64,000 nucleotides of DNA from Actinomycetota bacterium (GTDB lineage: Bacteria; Actinomycetota; Actinomycetes; S36-B12; CAIYMF01): NCBI GenBank assembly GCA_020161245.1, contig JAIUOK010000020.1, positions 4,325 to 68,324 of the forward strand, written 5' to 3'. The translations under genes and the position numbers were made by a program. Every line of letters starts with the position of its first letter. The stretch's first letter is position 1. The notes under the pieces were generated by a model. That model did no database searches. It was not told the DNA's origin and saw nothing but the letters and a program-made list of their open reading frames with translations. Positions 8,574 to 17,284 of this stretch are shown piece by piece.

Positions 8574-11261
8574 TCAGGCCTCGGGGGAGGCGGCCTTCGC
8601 GGCGGCGGTCTTCTTCGCCGCCGTCCTCTTCGCCGCCGTCTTCTTCGCGGCGGCCTTCTTGGCCGGGGCCTTCTTGGCCGCCGCCTTCTTCTTCGGCGCA
8701 GGGTCCTTGGCGCGGCGCTCGGCGAGCAGGTCGGCCGCGCGCTCGACCGAGATCGTCGACGGGTCGTCGGCCCGGCGCAGCGACGCGTTGGTCTCACCGT
8801 CGGTCACGTACGGGCCGAAGCGGCCCTCCTTGAGCTGGATCTCCTTGTTCGTCGACGGGTCGATGCCGACGATGACGGCGGGCTTGGCCGCAGCCTGGCC
8901 GCGGCGCGTCTTCGGCTGCGCGAGCAGCGCGAGGGCGCCCGGGAGGTCGATGGTGAAGATCGATGCCTCGTCCGGCAGCGACCGGGAGTCCTTCTCCTTG
9001 GTGATGTACGGGCCGTAGCGCCCGTTCTGCGCCGTGATCTCCTTGCCGTCGGCGGGGTCGACGCCGACCACGCGGGGCAGCGAGAGCAGCTTGAGCGCGT
9101 CGTCGAGCGTGACGGTGTCGAGCGCCATGTCCGCGAACAGCGAGCCCGTGCGCGGCTTGGCCGACTTGGGCGCACCCTCCTCCAGCACCTCGGTGACGTA
9201 GGGGCCGTAGCGCCCGGTCTTGGCGACGATCGTGCGGCCGGTCGACGGGTCGATGCCGAGCTCGCGGTCGCCCGAGGGCAGGTCGAGCAGCTCCTGCGCC
9301 TTCTCGGCCGTGAGCTCGTCGGGCGCGATGTCGGTCGGCACGTTGGCGCGCTGCTCGCCCTTCTCGACGTACGGGCCGTAGCGGCCGACGCGCAGCACGA
9401 TGTCGGAGTCGGCGATCGGGAAGGACGAGATCTCGCGCGCGTCGATCTCGCCGAGGTCGCTGGCGAGCGCCTGCAGGCCGGCGTAGCCGTCGTAGCCCTT
9501 GTAGAAGCGGTCGAGCACCGCGATGCGGTCGCTCTCGCCGGTGGCCACGGAGTCGAGGCGCTCCTCGAGCCGCGCGGTGAAGTCGTACTCGACGAGCCGG
9601 GTGAAGTGCTCCTCCATGAGGCGCACGACGGCGAAGGCGAGGAACGAGGGCACCAGCGCCGACCCGCGCTTGGTGACGTACCCGCGGTCGACGATCGTGC
9701 CCATGATCGCGGCGTACGTCGACGGTCGGCCGATGCCGCGCTCCTCGAGCGCCTTCACCAGCGACGCCTCGGTGTAGCGCGGCGGCGGGTTGGTGGTGTG
9801 GCCCTCGGGGTCGAGGCGCACCGCGGTGACGGCGTCGCCGACCGACAGTGGCGGCAGCCGGCGCTCGGCGTCGGCGTCGTCGGTGTCGCGGCTCTCGTCG
9901 ACCGACTCCTCGTAGGCGGCGAGGAAGCCGCGGAAGGTGACGACCGTGCCGCTCGCGGAGAACTCGGCGTCGCGGCCGTCGGACGCCGTCGCGCCGAGGC
10001 GGATCGTGGCGGTCTGGCCGCGGGCGTCGGCCATCTGCGACGCGACCGTGCGCTTCCAGATGAGGTCGTAGAGCAGGAAGTCGTCGCCGCGCAGCTCGCC
10101 CGCGACCTCGGCGGGCGTGCGGAACACGTCGCCGGCGGGGCGCACGGCCTCGTGGGCCTCCTGCGCGTTCTTCACCTTGCGGTCGTAGCGGCGCGGCACC
10201 TCGGCGACGTGGTCGGAGCCGTAGAGCTCGGCAGCCTGCGCGCGGGCGGCGTTCAGCGCCGACTCCGACAGCGTGGTGGAGTCGGTACGCATATAGGTGA
10301 TGTAGCCGCGCTCGTAGAGGCCCTGCGCCACGCGCATCGTGCGCTGCGCTCCCCAGCGCAGCTTGCGGCTGGCCTCCTGCTGCAGCGTGGAGGTCATGAA
10401 CGGCGCGGCGGGCGAGCGCTTGTAGGGCTTGTCCTCGACCGACCGCACGCTGAACGATGCGCCCTGCAGCGCCGCCGCCAGCGACGTCGCCGCCTCCTCC
10501 GACAGGTGCGCGGCGTCGGCGCGGGTGAGCACCGCACGGTCGTCGAAGTCCTTGCCGCTGGCCACGCGGGCGCCGTCGACGGCGACGAGCTTGGCGCTGA
10601 ACGAGCCCGGGTCGAACAGGCCCTCGATGTCCCAGTACGACGCCGAGCGGAACGCGATCCGCTCGCGCTCGCGGTCGACCACCAGGCGGGTAGCCACCGA
10701 CTGCACACGGCCCGCGGAGAGGCCGGTCATGACCTTCTTCCAGAGGACCGGGCTGACCTCGTAGCCGTAGAGGCGGTCGATGATGCGGCGGGTCTCCTGC
10801 GCGTCGACCAGCGCGGTGTCGAGCTCGCGGGTCTCCTGCGCGGCGCGCTGGATCGCGTCGCGGGTGATCTCGTGGAAAACCATCCGGCGAACCGGCACCT
10901 TGGGCTTGAGCACCTCGAGCAGGTGCCACGCGATGGCCTCGCCCTCGCGGTCCTCATCCGTGGCGAGCAGGAGCTCGTCGGCGTCGGCGAGCTTCTTCTT
11001 CAGCTCGGCGACCTTGGTGCGCTTGTCGGCATCGACGACGTAGAGCGCCTGGTAGCCGTTGTCGACGTCGACGCCGAGCCGCGACCACGGCTCCTTCTTC
11101 AGCTTCTCGGGGATCTCCGACGCCCGGGTGGGCAGGTCGCGGATGTGCCCCACGGAGGCCTCGACCTCGTACCCCGGGCCGAGGTAGCCCTGGATGGTCT
11201 TGGCCTTGGCCGGCGACTCGACGATGACGAGCCGACGACCCTCCTTCGCCTTGGGGGGCAC
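8574..11261 (-). CDS. topA: DNA topoisomerase I (type IA) with actinobacterial C-terminal repeats and Lys/Ala-rich tail
   Basis: IVESPAKAKTI, ATDEDREGE, SAGRVQS, ITYMRTDS catalytic Tyr, GRYGPYV repeats, AAKK tail. Confidence 0.97.
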   Translation of the reverse strand: MPPKAKEGRRLVIVESPAKAKTIQGYLGPGYEVEASVGHIRDLPTRASEIPEKLKKEPWSRLGVDVDNGYQALYVVDADKRTKVAELKKKLADADELLLATDEDREGEAIAWHLLEVLKPKVPVRRMVFHEITRDAIQRAAQETRELDTALVDAQETRRIIDRLYGYEVSPVLWKKVMTGLSAGRVQSVATRLVVDRERERIAFRSASYWDIEGLFDPGSFSAKLVAVDGARVASGKDFDDRAVLTRADAAHLSEEAATSLAAALQGASFSVRSVEDKPYKRSPAAPFMTSTLQQEASRKLRWGAQRTMRVAQGLYERGYITYMRTDSTTLSESALNAARAQAAELYGSDHVAEVPRRYDRKVKNAQEAHEAVRPAGDVFRTPAEVAGELRGDDFLLYDLIWKRTVASQMADARGQTATIRLGATASDGRDAEFSASGTVVTFRGFLAAYEESVDESRDTDDADAERRLPPLSVGDAVTAVRLDPEGHTTNPPPRYTEASLVKALEERGIGRPSTYAAIMGTIVDRGYVTKRGSALVPSFLAFAVVRLMEEHFTRLVEYDFTARLEERLDSVATGESDRIAVLDRFYKGYDGYAGLQALASDLGEIDAREISSFPIADSDIVLRVGRYGPYVEKGEQRANVPTDIAPDELTAEKAQELLDLPSGDRELGIDPSTGRTIVAKTGRYGPYVTEVLEEGAPKSAKPRTGSLFADMALDTVTLDDALKLLSLPRVVGVDPADGKEITAQNGRYGPYITKEKDSRSLPDEASIFTIDLPGALALLAQPKTRRGQAAAKPAVIVGIDPSTNKEIQLKEGRFGPYVTDGETNASLRRADDPSTISVERAADLLAERRAKDPAPKKKAAAKKAPAKKAAAKKTAAKRTAAKKTAAAKAASPEA

Positions 11262-11336
11262 CTATCTCCTCCTGCACTCGCTGCCGGGCATCCCGGGCCG
11301 CGGCCGTCCCGCCGCTGCGAAGCCCGGTCGTGGCGG

Positions 11337-11367
11337 AGTGTGACGGCATCCCGGGGGCCTGTGTCAA
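11337..11367 (-). promoter_or_regulatory. Candidate sigmaA-type promoter of topA
   Basis: Minus-strand TTGACA (11367-11362), 19 nt, then CACACT; spacing slightly long. Confidence 0.4.
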
Positions 11368-11520
11368 ACACATCCATCCTCGCCCGGCGTGTCGCCGGCC
11401 GCCCCACCGGGGGTGAAACCCCAGGTCAGACCCCTCCCCGCACCCCCGATCGAGACCCCGCCCACATTGCGCCCCGCAGCCTCGCCAGCCCGAGTTCACA
11501 ACCCGCCGCTCCGGCGGTAA

Positions 11521-11629
11521 CGGGTGAAGTCCCCTACTGGCCGCCGCGTCGTTCCTCCGCGCCGACCAGCGGGGGCCCATCCCCCGCTTGCGATAGAAGC
11601 AAGGAAAGCGCCCCAGGCTGTCCACAGGC
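11521..11629 (+). repeat. 109-bp repeat, left copy (inverted partner at 15491-15599)
   Basis: Hand alignment with the reverse complement of 15491-15599 gives 106/109 identity. Confidence 0.95.
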
Positions 11630-11716
11630 AGGGGCCAGGCACCCGATCCGCCCACAGGGCGGGGCCGTCGTGGACGAGCTCCGACGACGTCCGTGCAGGA
11701 TCCTGCCCCGCCGGCG

Positions 11717-12121
11717 TCAGGGGCGGGCGGAGAGCTGCATCGACTCCGCGAGCAGGTCGTAGGCCTGGGCCCAGGCGTCGCGGGTGGCGGCGTCCCACGC
11801 CGGGTCGTGGGCGGCGAGCGCATCGACCAGCACCGGCCCGAGGGCGGCGTACTGCGACGCCGTGACGCGGTGCGCCACGTGCACGCGGGCCAGCCGCTCA
11901 CTGGTCTCGGCGAAGGCCGGGAAGTCCGGGATCGCCGCCACGATCGCCGCGACGCTGTCGCCGAACTTCTTCTCCTGGGCCTCCATCTGGGCGGGGAAGG
12001 CGTCGCGCAGATCGGGGTAGAGGGCGAACAGGCGCGAGTAGAACGTGTGGGCGACGTCCGGCAGCACCGGTGCGAGCCGCTGCGCGCTCGCCGTCACCAA
12101 GTCGATCTCGTGCGGGTTCAT
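11717..12121 (-). CDS. Single-domain globin (flavohemoglobin-like globin domain, no reductase)
   Basis: FY (B10 Tyr), LF..YP..R..F (CD1 Phe), Q (E7), L..VH (F8 His), AW..AY; AGGAGG SD. Confidence 0.85.
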   Translation of the reverse strand: MNPHEIDLVTASAQRLAPVLPDVAHTFYSRLFALYPDLRDAFPAQMEAQEKKFGDSVAAIVAAIPDFPAFAETSERLARVHVAHRVTASQYAALGPVLVDALAAHDPAWDAATRDAWAQAYDLLAESMQLSARP

Positions 12122-12239
12122 CCGTGCCTCCTGGGCGTGGTCGTGCTGGCGTGCCCCCCGGCACCGACGGCCTGCGCCGTCCTCGCCCGTCCTGCGTGAT
12201 GGCGCCGATCGGCGCCGTGGTCCGTGTACGTCGTCGAGC

Positions 12240-14954
12240 TCATCGGCCGCGCCCCGATCGCGCGGCCGGCACGGAGCCGGAGCCGCCCTCGGACAGCCCG
12301 AGCGCGGCGGCGAGCTGCGCGCGGCCAGCGATCCCGAGCTTGGCGTAGACGTTGGCGAGGTGGTTGTCGACCGTGCGCACCGACAGCACCAGGTCGGCCG
12401 CCACCTCCTTGCTGCTGCGGCCGCGAGCAGCGAGCGACGCGATCTCGCGCTCGCGCGGGGTCAGCAGCGCCGCGCCTGCGGCCGAGCCGAGTCCCTCGAC
12501 CTGCATGCCAGGCGACTGGTCGGCCCAGGCTCGCGCTCTCGCCTCGGCCGCGGCGGCCGCACGCGGGTCTCCCTCGGCACGCAGCACTTGCGCCGCCTGC
12601 GCCGCGAGAGTGGCCGCGGAGTGGACGAACGCGCACGCGGCGAAGCCCTCAGCCGCCGCGAGGAGGTCGGCTGCGGACCCCGACAGCAGTGCCTGCGAGC
12701 GGAGCCGACGTGCGTTCCCGAGCGGCGTCGGAACGTGCGCGACGACGTCGGGCAGCTCCGCCGCGGCCTCGGCGTCGCCCCACATCACCGCCTCGTCGAG
12801 CAGCATCGCCGCCTCGCGGTACTCGCCGCGCGCGGCCAGCTCGCGGCCGTGCTCGACGACGAGCGAGGCAGCCGTGCGCAGATCGCCGTCGACGCTGGCG
12901 ACCCAGGCCCGCGACACCGTCTCCATCGGGGCGAAGGCCGGCGCGGGCGCTGGCAGAGCAGCGGCCCTGCCGAGCCACTCGTGGGCGGCCGCGGCATCGC
13001 CGAGCAGCGAGGTGCTCTCGGCCATGCCCAGGACCGCGAGCCGCTCGACCTGCCCGAAGCCGTGCCGGCCCGCCGTCGCCGCCAGCTCGCGGAACGCCGA
13101 CGACGCGTCCTCGGCGAAGCCGCCGAGCAGGTCGATCTCCGCGACGACCCAGGCGAGCCAGGCGGCCTGGAACAGCACGCCCTGGGCGATCGCGACGTCG
13201 CGCCCCTGGGCCGCGAGAGACCGCGCCTCGCCGGGCCGGCCGAGCTCGAGGCTCGCGAGCGCGGCGACCATGAGGTCGCCGGACGGGTGCAGCAGGCCGG
13301 CCGGCTGGTCCTCGTCGGTGCCCTCCTGCCATGCGGCCAGCGCCACCCTCACGGCGGTCTCGGCGTCGCCTGTCCGGTGCGCGGCCCAGGCGTGCGCCCG
13401 GTGGTGCACAGCCCGCATCGCCGGATCGGCCGGCGCCTCGGCCGGCAGCACGGCGAGCGCCTCGGCGCTGCGGCCGCCCTGGGTCAGCAGCAGCGCCCGC
13501 ATCGAGTCGAGGACGGCCCGGCCCTGCACCACGACGTCGTCAGGCTCCCCCGAGGCGGCGATCGCCTCCGACGCGGCGGCGAGCCCCGCCAGGGCGACGT
13601 CAGGGCGCCCGAGGCCGAAGAAGCGGACGATGCCGTGCGCCAGCGCGATCCGCACGGACGCCGGCGACGCGACGTCGTCGCCGGCAGCGGCCGCGCCCTC
13701 CGACAGCACCGCGTCGGCCTCGTCGAACAGGCCCTGCTCGTAGAGCGCCTCGCCGAGCAGCGCGCTGGCGCGGGCGTCGGGCTCGAGCAGCAGGGCGGCG
13801 CGGGCGAGCCGCTCGACCTGCGGGTAGTCGTGCGACGCGCGCGCGAGCTCGGCGCCGGTCACCAGAGTCTCGGCGTCGGCGGTCCCGGTGGCGTCGAGGC
13901 GCCAGGCGGCCACGCGCAGCACGTCGTCGCGCCGGCGCGCGCCGTGGGCTTCGGTGCGGGCCACCTGGTCGAGCAGCAGCCGGCGCGACTTCAGCCGCGG
14001 CAGGCTGCTGGTGAGCACCTGCGCGTAGACCGGGTGCGCGAGCTGCACCTGCTGACGGCGGCGGTCGACGACCACCCTGATCACGCCCGCGGCCTCGAGC
14101 TGCTCGAGGACGTCCAGCGGCGTGTGCTCGGCCAGCTCGTCGGCGCCGAGCGGCTGGCACAGCGCGAGCAGCTCGACCAGGGTGCGCGCTTGGGCGTCGA
14201 GGACGCCGATCCGCTCGGCCACGAGGCTCTCGAGCCCGCCCGTCACGTCGAGCGCGCCCGAGAGCACCCAGACGCCGTCGGTCTCGTCGAGGCGCCCGGC
14301 GAGCACGGCGCCCGTGACGAGCTCGCGCAGGTAGAGCGGGTTGCCGCGGCTGGCGGTCCACAGGGCATGCTCGGCCTCGGCCGCCACCGGCCCACGGAGA
14401 ACCCGGTGCAGCAACGTGCCCACGGACTGCCGGGGCAGGTCGCCGATCTCGAGTCGCAGCACCCCGCCACGGCGATGCTCGGCCACGAGCACGCCTGGTG
14501 TCGGCGTCCCCGTGCGCTGGGTCGCGATGATCACCGCGAGCCCTTCGCGCCACAGCCTTGACAGCAGGTCGCACGACACGGCGTCGAGCGCGTCGACGTC
14601 GTCGACATGGATCACGACGCGCGCGCCGTCGCCGAGATCGCGGACGTGCTCGACGACGGCGTCGAGCACGACTGACGGGTCGGGACCGGACGGGCCGGCG
14701 CCGTCGGGCAGCAGGGGCGAGAGCGCGGAGAGGGGGACGGCGGCGGCGCTGTCGGTGGCCGCGACCGACACCGTGGGGTAGCCGTCGAGCTCGGCGCTGC
14801 GCAGGCACTCCTGCGCCAGACGGGTCTTGCCGGTCCCGGCGTCGCCCGCGAGGTGCACGACGGCGACGGCGGGGTCGGCCAGCGCCGCCACCACACGCTC
14901 GAGGTCGCTGCCCCGTCCCACCAACGGCCAGTCGAGGCTGGTCGTCGTCCCCAT
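12240..14954 (-). CDS. Large ATP-binding LuxR-family (LAL/MalT-like) regulator
   Basis: WPLVGR start, Walker A GDAGTGKT, VDDVD Walker B, GNPLYL, long helical region, C-terminal LTPRE..I..LAA.G...KE.A..L..S.RTV..H...VY.KLG HTH; start re-called at 14954. Confidence 0.92.
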   Translation of the reverse strand: MGTTTSLDWPLVGRGSDLERVVAALADPAVAVVHLAGDAGTGKTRLAQECLRSAELDGYPTVSVAATDSAAAVPLSALSPLLPDGAGPSGPDPSVVLDAVVEHVRDLGDGARVVIHVDDVDALDAVSCDLLSRLWREGLAVIIATQRTGTPTPGVLVAEHRRGGVLRLEIGDLPRQSVGTLLHRVLRGPVAAEAEHALWTASRGNPLYLRELVTGAVLAGRLDETDGVWVLSGALDVTGGLESLVAERIGVLDAQARTLVELLALCQPLGADELAEHTPLDVLEQLEAAGVIRVVVDRRRQQVQLAHPVYAQVLTSSLPRLKSRRLLLDQVARTEAHGARRRDDVLRVAAWRLDATGTADAETLVTGAELARASHDYPQVERLARAALLLEPDARASALLGEALYEQGLFDEADAVLSEGAAAAGDDVASPASVRIALAHGIVRFFGLGRPDVALAGLAAASEAIAASGEPDDVVVQGRAVLDSMRALLLTQGGRSAEALAVLPAEAPADPAMRAVHHRAHAWAAHRTGDAETAVRVALAAWQEGTDEDQPAGLLHPSGDLMVAALASLELGRPGEARSLAAQGRDVAIAQGVLFQAAWLAWVVAEIDLLGGFAEDASSAFRELAATAGRHGFGQVERLAVLGMAESTSLLGDAAAAHEWLGRAAALPAPAPAFAPMETVSRAWVASVDGDLRTAASLVVEHGRELAARGEYREAAMLLDEAVMWGDAEAAAELPDVVAHVPTPLGNARRLRSQALLSGSAADLLAAAEGFAACAFVHSAATLAAQAAQVLRAEGDPRAAAAAEARARAWADQSPGMQVEGLGSAAGAALLTPREREIASLAARGRSSKEVAADLVLSVRTVDNHLANVYAKLGIAGRAQLAAALGLSEGGSGSVPAARSGRGR

Positions 14955-15165
14955 CCGGCCCCCTCGGTCGGCGGTGTCGGCTCGCGCGTCGTACGGGTCG
15001 ATGCCGCGCTGGCCGGCGTCGTCTCGGGCCCCGCCCCCGTGCGGGCTCGCGCGCCACAGGCTAGGGCCGCGGGGCGCGCGGAGTGGCCGAGTCCGGCGCG
15101 CGTCGCACGACCGGGTCCGGCGTCGGGCTGCGGTGCTGGGCATGGCCGGTGCCAGGTGCGCGGCG

Positions 15166-15318
15166 TCAGCGCCAGGTGAGGGGGCGGGCGACGGCGTAGC
15201 GGCGGGTGAGGGGCAGCGCGGAGGAGCTGCGGCGGCGGGCGTGGCGCGCCTTGACGGCGGCGACGACGGCGATGCGGCGGGGGTCGGTGGCGACCGGCGG
15301 GACGGTGTGCGTGCTCAT
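15166..15318 (-). CDS. 50-aa Arg-rich small protein (MSTHTVPPVATDPRRIAVVAAVKARHARRRSSSALPLTRRYAVARPLTWR)
   Basis: All 50 sense codons end in G/C; CACTGT -10-like element 7 nt before ATG; not called separately in the ORF track. Confidence 0.6.
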   Translation of the reverse strand: MSTHTVPPVATDPRRIAVVAAVKARHARRRSSSALPLTRRYAVARPLTWR

Positions 15319-15353
15319 GACGGGAACAGTGCCGCGGGCCCCTGGGTAGGTAC

Positions 15354-15372
15354 CTGAGTAGTGATTGCTCAG
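15354..15372. promoter_or_regulatory. Candidate operator palindrome CTGAGTA-N5-TGCTCAG
   Basis: Imperfect 7-5-7 palindrome, AT-rich for this genome, centred about 45 nt upstream of the small ORF ATG. Confidence 0.45.
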
Positions 15373-15490
15373 ATCGCATCGCCGCAGGTCAGAGCGGGTG
15401 CGGGGGGGCGGGCGGGCATGGTGCCGCTCCGCCGCCGGGGACGTGCCCGCCCGAGCCGCCGCCTGTGGACGGGGATGCGGACGGCAGGGG

Positions 15491-15599
15491 GCCTGTGGAC
15501 AGCCTGGGGCGCCTTTCTTGCTTCTATCGCAAGCAGGGGATGGGCCCCCGCTGGTCGGCGCGGAGGAACGACGCGGCGGCCAGTAGGGGACTTCACCCG
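15491..15599 (-). repeat. 109-bp repeat, right copy (inverted)
   Basis: 106/109 identical to 11521-11629 on the opposite strand. Confidence 0.95.
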
Positions 15600-15614
15600 G
15601 AAAGCACCAGGGGG

Positions 15615-17114
15615 TCAGAGGTGGAGGAGGGCTTCTTCGATGAGGCCGCGGACGGCGATGAGGGCTCCGGGGAGGACGTCGTCGGGGTCGAGGTCGTGGA
15701 CGGTGGCGGCGCCGTCGATCGCGTCGGAGACCGTCGTCGCGCCATCGAAGCTGCGGACGAGGTGGGCGCCCACGGAGTCGAGCAGGACGTCGGGGCGCCA
15801 GCCGTCGACGAGCGCGAGGCGCGGCGGCACTGCCGAGAGGCGGCCGGCGGCGTCGGCGACGTCCACCTCCGACAGCCGCAGGCCCTCCGCCCGACGGGGA
15901 CGCGAGCCGAGCAGCGCGAAGGCGTCGACGTCGGCCCAGGCGGCACGCGCGGCGACCAGCTGCGCCACCTCGTCGCCGTCGGGCAGGCGCGGCGCGTGCG
16001 CCACGTCCTCGATGCGCGGGCCCTGCGCGCCGTAGGTGCCGCCCTTGTGCAGCACCACCCAGCCGAAGCCCACCCCCTCGGCATCCATCGCGTCGAACGC
16101 GTCGAGCCACTCGGCGTAGCGGCGGTCGAGCTCGTCGCGGTCGTCGGAGCCGCCGGCGTCGCGCAGCCAGAGCCCCACGTACTCGGCGGGGTCCTGCACC
16201 TCGCGCTGGGCGACCCACGCATCGCACCCCGTCGGGGCGCACCAGGAGGCCACCCGCTCGCGCCAGTCCTCGCCTCGGCGGTGCAGCCAGTTGGCGAGCA
16301 CCACGGCGGTGCCGCCGTCGGCCAGGTGCGACGGCGCCTGCTGGAGCAGCAGCCGGCCGAGGTCGTCGGCGGGCAGGCCGGCGTCGCGGTAGGTGTAGCG
16401 GTGGCCGGGCGAGATGACGAACGGCGGGTTGCTCACGACGAGGTCGAACTGCTCGCCGCCGACCGGCTCGAACAGCGAGCCCTCGCGCAGGTCCCACTCC
16501 TGGCCCGACAGCGCCGCGCTGACAGCGGCGAGCCGCAGCGCGCGCCGGTTGCGGTCGGTGGCGACGACGCTGCGCGCGTGCCGGCCGAGGTGCAGGGCCT
16601 GCACGCCGCAGCCGGTGCCGAGGTCGAGCGCGCGGCCCACCGGCGTGCGCGGCGTGATGCGGGCGAGGGTGAGGCTCGCGCCGCCGACGCCGAGCACGTG
16701 GTCGACGGCCACCTCCCCGCCGCCCCAGCCCGCGGAGTCGTGCCCGGCGGAGTCCGGGCCGTGGTCGCTGACGACGTACCAGTCGGTGTCGGGCTCGCCG
16801 TAGGGGCGGACGTCGACCACCGCCCGCAGCTCGGACGCGCCGCCGACGAGACCCGCGGCGAGCAGGTCGTCGAGCGGCAGCTCGCGCTCGGCGTCCTCGC
16901 GGGCGACCGGCTCGCCGAGGACGAACAGCCGGGCCAGGGCGGCGTCGGTGCCGCTGCGGCCCTCGAGAGCGCGCCGGGCGGGCACCGGCTCGCCGCGCGA
17001 GAGGGCGGCGTACGCCGACGGGCCGAGCAGGGCGAGCAGGCCGTCGGCGGTGTAGCCGGCGTCGAGCAGGACGGGACGCAGCCGTCGGGCGGCGGCGAGG
17101 TCGGGATCGCTCAC
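15615..17114 (-). CDS. Class I SAM-dependent methyltransferase (conserved actinobacterial topA-neighbour type)
   Basis: DHVLGVGGAS, ALDLGTGCGVQ, VVSNPPFVI; start GTG 17114 within the long supplied ORF. Confidence 0.85.
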   Translation of the reverse strand: MSDPDLAAARRLRPVLLDAGYTADGLLALLGPSAYAALSRGEPVPARRALEGRSGTDAALARLFVLGEPVAREDAERELPLDDLLAAGLVGGASELRAVVDVRPYGEPDTDWYVVSDHGPDSAGHDSAGWGGGEVAVDHVLGVGGASLTLARITPRTPVGRALDLGTGCGVQALHLGRHARSVVATDRNRRALRLAAVSAALSGQEWDLREGSLFEPVGGEQFDLVVSNPPFVISPGHRYTYRDAGLPADDLGRLLLQQAPSHLADGGTAVVLANWLHRRGEDWRERVASWCAPTGCDAWVAQREVQDPAEYVGLWLRDAGGSDDRDELDRRYAEWLDAFDAMDAEGVGFGWVVLHKGGTYGAQGPRIEDVAHAPRLPDGDEVAQLVAARAAWADVDAFALLGSRPRRAEGLRLSEVDVADAAGRLSAVPPRLALVDGWRPDVLLDSVGAHLVRSFDGATTVSDAIDGAATVHDLDPDDVLPGALIAVRGLIEEALLHL

Positions 17115-17202
17115 GTCCCGATCCTCCCGCACGGGCGACGCCGACTCAGCCCGGCGGACCAACACCCGCGGCTGCCGGTCTCGGCGGCCGGAGCAGCGCC
17201 CT

Positions 17203-17251
17203 GCACGGCGCGAGGCCCCGGGCGGATCGCCCGGGGCCTCGCGTGCCGTGC
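17203..17251 (-). terminator. Hairpin downstream of hppA
   Basis: 15-bp stem GCGAGGCCCCGGGCG / CGCCCGGGGCCTCGC plus 7-bp outer stem. Confidence 0.65.
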
Positions 17252-17284
17252 TGGATGGTGCTGGGTGGTGCTGGTGCCTGACGA

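Noticed and set aside
8574-8700. AAKK tandem repeats at the topA 3' end
   Set aside because: Standard Lys-rich tail of actinobacterial TopA.
11521-11545. Group II intron or riboswitch remnant (GGGTGAAGTCCC resembles the intron GGGTGAAAGTCCC hairpin)
   Set aside because: No GUGYG 5' end, no domain V and no RT gene; the match is too short.
11510-15610. Autonomous IS or transposon
   Set aside because: No transposase or integrase inside or nearby, and no target-site duplication; kept only as a repeat-bounded cassette.
17252-17282. Short (CCAGCACCA)n-like repeat after hppA
   Set aside because: Three degenerate 9-10-mers beside a terminator; low-complexity, no evident function.
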